A stretch of 64,000 bases of DNA from Basidiobolus meristosporus CBS 931.73 (Eukaryota; Fungi; Basidiobolomycota). Of this stretch, positions 22,780-34,810 are shown piece after piece. Position numbers and translations under genes: made by a program. Position 1 is the first letter of the stretch, and every line of letters begins with the position of its first letter. Location: the NCBI GenBank assembly GCA_002104905.1, contig MCFE01000319.1, positions 1-64,000 on the forward strand, written 5' to 3'. The notes below the pieces were generated by a model. It saw only the letters and a list, made by a program, of their open reading frames with translations, was not told the DNA's origin and did no database searches.

Positions 22780-24030
22780 TTTGGTCATGCAGTGTACTGA
22801 CCTTCTGGTAACTACAAGAATGGAATGCCATTCAAGTTAGGAGGTAACTGCTTGATGTTGTGTTTTTGATGCAGATAAATATATGCAAACTCAGGTATCT
22901 ATTGAAGCTAAAGTCAACATGAGATATATTCTTGTTTGACAATATTTATCTTCATATCTAGGCAAAATCCCCTGGTGTTATACCAAACAGTATCACCTAC
23001 AAGAGACATCCAGATATATCTAAATATGCATTAGAGATGTAGTTAGCAAATTGGAGTCCAGACAACTGGTAGTATTGCTCATACTGGCTAGATTGATCTG
23101 AATGGATACCTCGATGAGTGTAGATTGAAGATATGAAATACTATAGCTAAAAGACTTCAAGCAATGCTAAATTGTAGTGGATTATAAACATCAAATAAAC
23201 TTCTTAATAAAAGAGTGTTCCAAGCAAAATATTTTAGAAACTCTCAATATGAAAATTTGGTTGTGTCGAGATGGAGAAGCATGATATAATATTCATATTT
23301 ACATTCATGGTGCTTACTCTTTAGTCTAGAGCAGTGGCTTATCTAGATGAAACACCTAGTAGTCATTACTGAATCGAGCTTGTCGGATCTAAGAAGTATT
23401 TGAACTAGAGAGTGAGATTGGAATATTTCTCCAATACTCAATTGATCCGTAGCTAGTCAAGGGGCCATAATTTACCCAGAGGCTTTTATTCCATGTCGAT
23501 CTTGGCAGACTCTTTGGATCCTCCTTCACACGACGAGATGAATATGCAAGTGATTTAGCCATCCGTATCAAGTCGCTATACCAAAAAAGCACATTAAGCC
23601 CATGCTAGTCATATGACTCATCAAGCATTTCTTTTTAGCCTCAGATGAGCAATGTTATTTTCGCACACCAAACAATCGAACAACGTGGTGATCTATTCAG
23701 ATCTAGTGGCTGATATATGATGCCCACTCAGCAAAATGTACCATTGCATCAAACAGTCACTAATCAGTATCAAATACTTGAGAGAGACTTTTAACATATA
23801 AAAGCTCCTCTGAAATATATCACTCAAGCGAGTGATAGATATCTATTTGATGGTTTTTGACAGATCCGGGAGGTTTTTAGTGTCGAAATTGTGCAGAGCG
23901 GATCGGAAGAGGTAATCCCTTTCTGTGTACCATCAATGTACCGACACCAGCAAATGAAGTGGGATACTTCTGCTAAAATTATCAATTTCCCGGCGATTCC
24001 ATCTAATCCGGGCCCTTTGTGAGCCATTAC
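22780..24030 (-). mobile_element. Degenerate non-LTR retrotransposon (LINE) RT relic
   Basis: Minus strand has KGPGLDGI...QKPSNRYLSLA (cf. KAPGPDGI...NYRPISL), then HIFNL, LL*.DTV (cf. LLYADDT) and MKINIVKQ (cf. L.IN..K) in the expected order. Many stops and frameshifts. Only 3 CpG in 22621-23340. Confidence 0.5.
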
Positions 24031-24408
24031 AAGGAGTACAGTCACCTCAAACCTAGGGAACGAAGTATATCTTCGGATATATACTTATCCACTTCGGGGT
24101 GAAAACCAGATTTTGAGTTCGTGTTTATTACCGTTGGATACAACTGTGCTGCTACTGCTGTTCTATATACTAGTCAAATATGCTAAAAATCATAATAGTC
24201 TGGTGTGCTATCGATTATGGTTTTTCCAAATGAGGAATACATCCAGCACTAACCTAACCTGCTCTTATTGTCCCTCGCATTGGCTATTTCTCTCACGATA
24301 ACCGATAACCAAATATTCAACAACCCATACCCAACTCCATGCTAACATCCGACAGTGACAAAAAATAAATTCAACAGCGGCAATAACGATGACTTGGCTC
24401 TCGATAGC

Positions 24409-25888
24409 ATTGTCTTCATCAATACCATCAGTATCCGGATCAACCTCGTCCCTACCTTGCTGCCATCATCACCATCATCGTCATCACTGCCATCACCTAC
24501 TGCATTGCCTGAATTCCCCTTCTTGGCAAGTGCACCAGGTTCACACCTCATTCGTGGACTAGTGATACCATATCCGTGGGTCATACAAGATAATGTATGA
24601 GCCATGAATCACCCATTTTGGTAACAAGGGGTCTATATCCTTGATCACACTCATGCTACCAAACTCACCCTCACCCTTACCCTCACTATTGCCATTGCCA
24701 TTGCCATTGCCATTGCCATTGCCACTACCCTACCCACATCCACCCGTAATCATACGCCTATCCATGCTCCATGCCCCCGTATCCTTCTTCCACACCCACA
24801 CCCACTCACACAAGCATAAATATGAACCCGTACATCAGCCCAATCTGCCCACTAAACGGCCCGCAATTGGACCCAGCTTGGGGAGGAGGGGGGTGGGAGA
24901 GGTGTAGTCTCACAGGGAATGCAGTGCAATGGGATGGGATGCGAGTGCGAGTGCGAGTGCAGATGCGGAAGCGAGTATGAATGCGAGAGTAAATCCATAC
25001 CCATATCGGCCCAATATATCCGGGACCGACTAGCTCAGGGATCCATATGGATCGAAGGCTGGGATACCACATTGCCAATCCAGAAGTGGTAAGATTGATG
25101 GGTAAGATCATCGAGAGCCATCAAAGACCATCGAGACCATCGAGACCTCGACCTCGACCTCGTGAATCTGCCAACTCTAAACCAGTCTAGCCATATATTA
25201 TGGTCCAAGGGTGAGGGGAGGGGAGGGGAGGGTGATTGAGGGCGAGGATTTGTTGGCCAGAACATTCCACGCCACCACTCCCCAGCTTCATCGCCATCAC
25301 CATCGTCAATGCCAACGCGACATCACGATCATCATCGGCACAACGTGCATTCTTGCTGACACAAGGCCAGTCATCGGTCCTTCTATTCCGCCTTCCGTTC
25401 CCCATGCCAACCATCACTGGTGCATCTGCATTTGTGCACAGTATGGAAGCCAGGCTGATGGGGAGGAGGGGGGAGAATGAACTGCGGCAAAAAGCGCACA
25501 CAATGAACGAGGCTGATGGTGGTCATAGTGGGAATACGTGATCCATTGAAATCCCCGGCTATTCTCTATAGCTGATTAGCTGGCTAGTGACCCTGGCCAG
25601 TGACTGGTGAGTGATGAGTGATGGGATGCGGGAGACAGGACAAGGAAGGAGAGTGGATGAGTTGGGTGGACGGGCAGCAGGCAGTAGGCAGCGGTCAGAG
25701 TGGGAGGCCAATCGAGGCCAAGTGTAGATTTGTCCGACTGGATGCCGATCAAAATTAAATGCCGGTTGCTCAAAATTAGATTTGACTCGATCAATACATA
25801 AACCATGCTGGCCTCTTTCCCTCAACAAACCAAGATTTTCTCAATGCCACAGACACGCGCAACCGTCAAACAATCATGTCTACATTGG
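24409..25888 (+). repeat. Left arm of about 1.47-kb inverted repeat (IR-L, 1480 bp)
   Basis: Reverse complement of 32628..34087. Differences I could spot: about 6 transitions, a 1-nt indel, a 9-nt CGAGACCAT unit indel and a 12-nt length difference in the TTGCCA array. Confidence 0.95.
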
Positions 25889-27402
25889 AACCCGATGCTA
25901 CACTGGAAATTGGCACCCCGAGCGTGGTACTGGGACTTGGAGATTTAGCTTGAGGCTCCAATCAGTATATTATCAAAAGAATACACCAACGGCTGATTAA
26001 TACTTATCACATGCTAAGGATGGAATGAATCAATTACCAATCTCTAGCATATGTACTGAGAATAATTCTTCACCTTTTTTACTTTTTAATTTCAAAATGG
26101 CCGAAATGCAATTCATCTAAGCGTAATTTGAGCTGAATACTGGCTGCCATAATAATCCATCAGAATGAATTGGATATAGCCGTGAGAAGCGAGACAAAGG
26201 AGGTTAGTCTCAGGCAAGTTGACTAAGCATTCAATACAATCCAGACTATTGTATAGCCGTTAATAGCATTAATGAATTTGGCAGCCTGCCAACTTATAAA
26301 AGCGCCAGGCCACTGATTTTGGGGTAGGGGAACTGATTAATAGAGGCATACGTATTTCTGACTTCTATAACAAATATATAACTCTACAGAATAATGGTGA
26401 ATTCCAAACATACGATGAGAATTGTAGCCATGACTCGCTCATAGTACATGCGTATATCTATATTCATGGGTATGCTGACTGGTACGTGTCACGAAACCGA
26501 AGCCAAATGGTTGATTCTGATCAATATCGAATGAGGTACATTTTTTTCATATGCTCTTAGACTGGCACATCCAAGAGTGATAAGCTCAAGTATTATTCAA
26601 GGATTGTCGATAAACAAGGTAACGCCAGTGGTCGACATTTAACAAGAATGTTCTTGATCAATGTGTGCTAATTCAGTGAGATATCATTTGCATCTACAAG
26701 CCAAAAGAATAGCTGGTTGAATATTCAGCTATAGTGCGCTCTAAAAGCCACCACATTCACTCGTGAAACATTTGTGCAACTTGTGAGAATTCTATCGATC
26801 CTATTGCTAGACATTATCGTTGTTTTTGGATTTGTTGGATCCCTTTGAGCACTGATCGTACCCAGAATATATCGATCTTAATATGTTTTTTCTGAGACAC
26901 ACAGTATTCGGCCCTTTCCCACTTTAGAATTATTACCTGAATGCCTAATGTGGAATGTCCACCAGAGTTAACCGCTTTTTCACTCTAGTAAGACTGGTTA
27001 TTATTTAGATAGTATACCAGTGAGTAATCGTTGGTGGATAATCTATACCTACTCCTCATCATTTCTACCATTTCTAATTTGGAGTTGTTGGGAATCTAAA
27101 CCTCCCCATATCTGCCTTAGGTATATGTTGTTTTTAAAGTCCGACAATCTTACAATCTTTTATAACATCTTTCTACATTATTTTCGCCCAACACATCTCT
27201 CTTACTCTTCTCAGCATATTTTTTCTTTCCCAGTCTCTTGTGCAAAATCAGTTTCATAGAATTTACCCAATACAGGTGCACTACCCCAAGTTAGCGAACA
27301 AAACCTTTGCAATACTTCTAAAGTCCCTTGACTTACCTGAAGTATATGTTAAAAATATCACCCCCACCCAATTCTTCCGAAGAGCATAGCTTTTCAAGCA
27401 TC

Positions 27403-30400
27403 ATGACATATCTGAAGTTCAATACAAACGAAGTAGAAAGTTATGTGCCTGAATTAAAACCCCCAGGGATAACCATTTCGGAGCTTGTCAAGCGTAAAGA
27501 TTGGTCCCAAACTTCATTGGGTCCAAGAGAAAGTTGGCCTGAGTATTTGAAATGGACCTTGAATCTTGTCCTTCATTCTTCTTTTCCTATGGCCATATAT
27601 TATGGGGAAGATGACATTCTCCTATACAACCAAGGTTGGTCCACCATTCTCGGCACCAAACACCCCGAAGGTAAGGACACCCTGTTTGTGATATGTTTCA
27701 GTAAACTGTTTTGTAACCATTTTATGACAGCTTTTGGCGAGCCTGGTCACAAGGTCTGGTCTGAAATATGGCACATCATGAAGCCATTTATAGACCAAGC
27801 CCGCGATACAGGAGAGGGGGTTTTCATTGAGAACCACCTCTTCCTATTGCAACGTGCTGGCTATGAAGAGGAGACGTGGTTTAGATTTTCTATATCGCCT
27901 CTTTTCGATCCAGACGGCAAGATCGTTGGAGTTTTAAACACAACCTTAGAGCAAACCCAAGAGTATATCGGACAAAGACGACTCAAAACCTTGACTGAGG
28001 TAGGTAAACTAACTCGTGGCGCGCAAAGCCATCAGGAGGCATGTTATTCGGTGATTTCGGCGTTAAAAGAAAATAACGCCGATGCTCCTTGGTCGATGAT
28101 ATACTACCCTTACCAGTCTAATGGGACAACAACATTGGAGTTGGTGGCTAGTAGCTTTGGCGAGGTTGATGGTGACAGCCGAGTGAATCCATGCGTACCG
28201 GCATATTTAGAAACAATTCATCATGATGATGTCTGTCCAGATTTTTGGCCGGTCTCTAAAGTTGCCACTCAAGGTGAAGCTGAGCTGATCAGACTGCCGG
28301 ATGGCACCAGGGCAGTATTTCTGCCATTGTTTATTTCTAGAGCGTCAGAAAAACGCTTATCGGCAGTCATGGTTTGTGGACTGCACCATTTACGACTTCT
28401 GGACTGCGCATATAAGGATTTCTTTTCTCATCTCGCTGCGTATGTTACAGCAGCAATCAGAACTGGCATTACGTGCGAGGAGGAGAAGAAGCAAATAGAA
28501 GATTTAGCGGAGTTGAATCATTCCAAAACTGCATTCTTCCAAAACGTCTCTCATGAACTTCGGACTCCTTTGACTTTGATCCTAAGCCCATTGGAGCAAT
28601 CCTTGCTTGACCCGACAATACCTGCCAAAGTGCGAAAGAACATGCTAATGGTTCAAAGAAATGCCAGACGTCTGTTGAAACTGGTCAATACGCTTCTAGA
28701 ATTCAGCAAGATAGAGGCCGGAAAAAATACTGCTGCTTTTCAAATAACAGATATCTCCAAATTTACCCGAGAATTACTTGCTTCATTCGAATCAACTGCA
28801 GTTACTCTGGGTATTGAATTTGTGATCGATATTCAAGAATTGCACACCGAGTTTCCTGTGTATATCGACCAAGATATGTGGGAGAAAATTCTTCTGAACC
28901 TAGTTTCTAACGCTTTCAAATTCACCAAAAACGGTACCGTGTCGGTTAGCCTACGACCCAGCAATATGGAACTACCTGACAGGCAAACAGTCGAAGCTGT
29001 GCATCTATCAGTAAAAGATACTGGCATAGGTATTTCTCCAGAAGATATGAAGCATCTATTCAATCGCTTTTATTGCGTAAGAAGCGTTGAGGCTCGTTCC
29101 TATGAGGGTACCGGTATTGGACTTGCACTTGTCCAGGAGCTAGTCCATTTTCATTCGGGAATCATTAACGTTGAGTCAAAGGAGCTGGTTGGCACTACGT
29201 TTAATGTCATAATTCCAACCGGGAAGGCACACATCCCTCCGGAGTTCATTATGAGTAACATAACTAAATTGCCAGAGTCCAGAATCAAGAGAACCGCCGA
29301 GCTTTTTATAGACGAAATGCAGCAATGGTGTTGCGTACCCGCAGAAGCACAACTACAAGCAGACCACGGCAGAAAGCCGCTTACCTCTCCCTCTGGCAGT
29401 AGTAAATCTCTAGCTGTTACGCCTGATTCCAGCTATCAGAAACCGTGCATACTTCTAGCAGATGACAACACCGACATGCGAAACTACATATATACTCTAC
29501 TTGAAGACGAATTCGAAGTTCTATTAGCGACAAATGGGCTGGAGGCTTTGGAGATAATCAACTTCCGTATACCGGATTTGGTCCTTTCAGGTACGAGTAG
29601 CTGAAGCTTGCCGTCTGATTGCTGATGTACTAACAGGTTGTGTAGATGTCATGATGCCACATCTGGATGGATTAGGGTTATTGAAGGCCTTTAGAGAAAA
29701 CCCCAAAACTGCAACTATTCCCATCATCTTCTTGTCAGCACGAGCAGGGCCTGAGGCCTCTGCTGAGGGCGTAGAGGCTGGGGCTGATGACTATCTGGTT
29801 AAGCCATTCTCAGCTCAGGAATTACTGGCGCGCGTTCGCACCAACATCAAATTAAGCCGTCTGAGGCATGAGCTTTTGGTACAACAGAAGATGCAAACTG
29901 AATGCAAGCAGATGGTGCTCAACATTTCTGGGAAGATTCGGGCTAGATTTGGCCTGGAATGGATTTTGAATGAAACAGCCGATGAGGTTAGAAAGGCGCT
30001 GGATGCCGACGGCTTGCTGATTTGTCATAATCTGGCAAATCAGAGTGAGTTCATAGTCAAAGCTGAGGCACTTCACAAGGATTCCATATTCCAGTCTTTT
30101 CTAAATCACTCTTTCCACTATAACCCCGAGATGTTGACGGATATATTTCGACACTTCAACGAGGTTGGTAGTGGTGGGATCGATGTGGCCAGCTTGTTTC
30201 CACAATCATTTAGCCAGGGATGCGACTTCACCGGAATTCCGATCGTTTTGGAGGATGAAATCTGGGGTTGGATCTTAGCACGCCAAAGGCCTGAATTAGA
30301 ATGGAATGAGTTCCAATGTACTTTACTTGAGCAAATCGCGACCCAAGTTGGATTAGCCATATCCCACGATAAGTTAGTTAGCGAGAAGATTAACCAGGAA

Positions 30401-32246
30401 ATTCAGATCGAAGCGGTGAATGCCGCAAACAGAGCGAAAAGTATTATCCTTGCAAATACTTCACATGGTAACGTGGGTTTTTAGTACGCTGTCTATATTA
30501 GGATCAATAGTGGTTTACACAAGGCTCATTTTTACAGAAATCCGCACGCCCCTGAACGCTATCATAGGTTTGGTTAGTGCATTTGAAGACACGCAGCTAA
30601 CGTTGGAGCAGAGAGAAATGCTGAAGATCATGCTTACCGCCAGTGATGTTCTCCTGCGAGTGGTGAATGATATCCTTGATATGGCGAAGTTGGAAGCCGG
30701 GAAGATTAAGCTCAAGCCCATGGACTTCAGTCTTCCAGACCTGCTGAAATCCACGATGGATGTATTCTCCAAGTATCAGCAGGAGAAGGACATCAAGTTA
30801 TCATGCATCTGCGAGCCGAATGTACCGAAGGCAGTAATTGGGGATTCTGCTCGCGTTCAGCAAGTATTGATGAACCTGCTGAGCAACTCATTCAAATTCA
30901 CAGACCAAGGACAAATCTCAATTCACGTAGAGGTCGTGGAGCCCCAAACCGACACCGACGTCACGGACACCAGCAAGATCACTCTTCGTTTTAGAGTATC
31001 TGACACTGGCATTGGTATCGCGAAAGAAGCCATTAATAAGCACCTATTCCGCTCTTTCCATCAAATTGACGGCTCGATGACCCGAAAATACGAGGGAGTG
31101 GGATTGGGGTTGGCCATTTGCAAAGAGTTAGTTGAAATCGGCAACGGCCAGATTGGCGTGGAGTCTACTCTGGGCGAGGGGTCCACTTTCTGGTTTACCT
31201 GGCATTTCTGTAACTCCGATCCTAATTGTGTCATTGAGAGCAAATATCTGGATATGATACACACGCAAAAATGCTTGACGATATGTGACGGTGATGCTGA
31301 AGACAGCTCCATCACCATGCTTATCCAAGATCTGGTCCGCTCTCATCTTCAGGCCAAAACGTTTAGTCAGGGCCTTGAGTACTTAAAGCAGACCCAGTCA
31401 ACATCTGATCCTATACAGTGCGTGTTTTTGACGGCAACTGAGAGTGAATCTGCGAACTCCCTGTCAGACAGAGTGGCCAAGCTAAAGGCGTTTGATTCCA
31501 AGCTACATATCCTGCTGATATTTCCTTTGTCATCGCTCCATCTAGCACAGGCAGTTGTTAGCCAATTCGATGACACCGTGGTGGGGATATCGATGCCAGT
31601 GACCAAATTCAAGTTGACCTTCGCACTGCTCAACTTCTACCAGGAGAAGTTGGAGAAAACCATCAAAATCAAGGAGTCTGAGAAGCCTCAAACTCCGGGA
31701 GATTCACCTACTTCGCTAACTTCACCCGATCCCAACACGCTAGCTTTCTTCCCGCCCACCACCAACAAAGATGCACGCAAAGCGCAGAAGAGTGCCAAAA
31801 GACTGTCCAAATCCGGAAGAAAAGAGGCCAGCGCAAGCGAGGGCACAGATCATTTGAACGATAAGTATATGATCCTGGTCGTTGAGGATAATCCGGTCAA
31901 TATGGAAGTGGTACATAGACAGTTAAAGCGCCTAGGATACCGCTCAACGGGAGCCAAAAATGGCGCCGAGGCTGTTGATATTTTGAAGCAAGCCCCAATG
32001 GATCGCTTTTCACTAGTACTCATGGATTGTGCGATGCCTATAAAAGATGGATTTGAAGCAACGCGAGACGTTCGACAACTGCCCGATACAGCGATCCGTG
32101 ACATTCCGATTGTTGCGTTAAGTGCCAGCTGTATTGAAAGTACGCAGAAAGAGTGTATATCCTCTGGTATGAACGATTTCTTGGCGAAGCCCGTGAAACT
32201 TGGAGAACTGAATCAAATGCTTCAGAAATGGCTCACCAAACACTAA
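27403..32246 (+). CDS. Dual hybrid histidine kinase: PAS-like - GAF - HisKA - HATPase - REC - GAF - HisKA - HATPase - pseudo-REC - REC; introns 27671-27730, 29591-29645, 30468-30537
   Basis: H-box 1 FFQNVSHELRTPL; N/G boxes ILLNLVSNAFKFT, VKDTGIGIS, GTGIGLALV; REC1 ILLADDN...LVLSDVMMP...DDYLVKPF. H-box 2 ANTSHEIRTPLN; QVLMNLLSNSFKFT, VSDTGIGI, GVGLGLAIC; REC2 LVVEDNPVN...LVLMDCAMP...DFLAKPV. The start ATG (27403) is approximate. Confidence 0.93.
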
Positions 32247-32627
32247 CTTGCATACTAGCCCATCCATTCTTTCCCATACACTAATTTAATCCGAATTCTA
32301 TGTGTATACATCAAATACATATCCTTCGTGCCAAACCCCATCCTCGTTGCCTTCATGTAATCATCCCACCGCGTTCGCAAGCATTGTTCCACTCCGCCCA
32401 ACCTTCCATCGTTCCCATTTTGAGCATTTGTGTTTTTTTTTGGATTGTAGATTCACCGCAAGTAAATATCACACATTCAAAGCTGTTCTTGACCTAGGCT
32501 GTTTCCTAAATAAACCGACCATTCGATCACACAGCTCCCGCAGGGCTTAGTTGCCTCCGTCCCGAGGCACGTGGAGTCGAACATCATATCCGAGGTGGCA
32601 TCAAATCTCCACCCTACGCTCAGGGTG

Positions 32628-34087
32628 CCAATGTAGGCATGATTGTTTGACGGTTGCGCGTGTCTGTGGCATTGAGAAAATCTTGGTTTGTTGAGGGAAA
32701 GAGGCCAGCATGGTTTATGTATTGATCGAGTCAAATCTAATTTTGAGCAACCGGCATTTAATTTTGATCGGCATCCAGTCGGACAAATCTACACTTGGCC
32801 TCGATTGGCCTCCCACTCTGACCGCTGCCTACTGCCTGCTGCCCGTCCACCCAACTCATCCACTCTCCTTCCTTGTCCTGTCTCCCGCATCCCATCACTC
32901 ATCACTCACCAGTCACTGGCCAGGGTCACTAGCCAGCTAATCAGCTATAGAGAATAGCCGGGGATTTCAATGGATCACGTATTCCCACTATGACCACCAT
33001 CAGCCTCGTTCATTGTGTGCGCTTTTTGCCGCAGTTCATTCTCCCCCCTCCTCCCCATCAGCCTGGCTTCCATACTGTGCACAAATGCAGATGCACCAGT
33101 GATGGTTGGCATGGGGAACGGAAGGCGGAATAGAAGGACCGATGACTGGCCTTGTGTCAGCAAGAATGCACGTTGTGCCGATGATGATCGTGATGTCGCG
33201 TTGGCATTGACGATGGTGATGGCGATGAAGCTGGGGAGTGGTGGCGTGGAATGTTCTGGCCAACAAATCCTCGCCCTCAATCACCCTCCCCTCCCCTCCC
33301 CTCACCCTTGGACCATAATATATGGCTAGACTGGTTTAGAGTTGGCAGATTCACGAGGTCGAGGTCGAGGTCTCGATGGTCTTTGATGGCTCTCGATGAT
33401 CTTACCCATTAATCTTACCACTTCTGGATTGGCAATGTGGTATCCCAGCCTTCGATCCATATGGATCCCTGAGCTAGTCGGTCCCGGATATATTGGGCCG
33501 ATATGGGTATGGATTTACTCTCGCATTCATACTCGCTTCCGCATCTGCACTCGCACTCGCACTCGCATCCCATCCCATTGCACTGCATTCCCTGTGAGAC
33601 TACACCTCTCCCACCCCCCTCCTCCCCAAGCTGGGCCCAATTGCGGGCCGTTTAGTGGGCAGATTGGGCTGATGTACGGGTTCATATTTATGCTTGTGTG
33701 AGTGGGTGTGGGTGTGGAAGAAGGATACGGGGGCATGGAGCATGGATAGGCGTATGATTACGGGTGGATGTGGGTAGGGTAATGGTAATGGTAATGGCAA
33801 TGGCAATAGTGAGGGTAAGGGTGAGGGTGAGTTTGGTAGCATGAGTGTGATCAAGGATATAGACCCCTTGTTACCAAAATGAGTGATTCATGGCTCATAG
33901 CATTATCTTGTATGACCCACAGATATGGTATCACTAGTCCACGAATGAGGTGTGAACCTGGTGCACTTGCCAAGAAGGGGAATTCAGGCAATGCAGTAGG
34001 TGATGGCAGTGATGACGATGATGGTGATGATGGCAGCAAGGTAGGGACGAGGTTGATCCGGATACTGATGGTATTGATGAAGACAAT
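32628..34087 (-). repeat. Right arm of about 1.47-kb inverted repeat (IR-R, 1460 bp)
   Basis: Near-identical reverse complement of 24409..25888. The ORF track shows the same small ORFs mirrored on opposite strands in both arms. Confidence 0.95.
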
Positions 34088-34810
34088 AGTAACCTCCATG
34101 ATTAGGCACTCGGTAGCATTGAGCGCCAGTACCAAGTGGAGTTTTGGAAGGTCATACTCCATTTGAAGCGGTTAATGGACACCATGTACCACTCGCTCTA
34201 GGATACCCCCGCAGTAGAGACATCAATGAATCTACGATCCTTGCCGAGATATGATCTGAAACGTGGAGCTTATTGCATGTCCCAAATATGCTAAACAACG
34301 GTAAGATTGTTTAAATTGTCTGACCAACTTGGTCAAGCATTTTGAATGATTAGCATATACTGTTCCACATTTGATTCATCGGGCTCACGTCTAGTACAGA
34401 CCATCCCATGTGAATGTCCGCCCTGATCTATAAAACATGGTGACCACATCCTGTGTAATATCCTACCCCTGGATAATCATCAGGCGTAGCGGGGCAGCAA
34501 TGCTGGAGCATTTGCCAGTGGGCAACCGCCAAACTTCGGCATATCCTAATTAAGGACCATCGTTGGTTTTGGAATTACTTTATTGACTAGAAAAAAAGGA
34601 ATATCAAATCTATACAACTTTCCCTTACGCAGGAATTATCCCGGTCAGGTTCCAAGGGTATGATCTCAGCCCATTTGCAACATCCCACTGACCCTTACCT
34701 CAGTATGAGATGTCGCAGAGCACCCCTAGTTGTTCATGTATGTCTGATACAACCTCAAAAAACAATGATCATATAATGAAATAAGCAAACCATCCCCCTC
34801 TATGCTTGAA

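Noticed and set aside
24342-25828. Many small ORFs inside the IR arms, mirrored at 32477-34166
   Set aside because: They derive from microsatellite and low-complexity sequence. Their duplication reflects the repeat, not conserved coding.
24395-34100. Classical composite transposon with a target-site duplication
   Set aside because: The outer flanks (…CTCGATAGC and AGTAACCTC…) share no direct repeat and no transposase is present. The classical model is unsupported, though mobility is not excluded.
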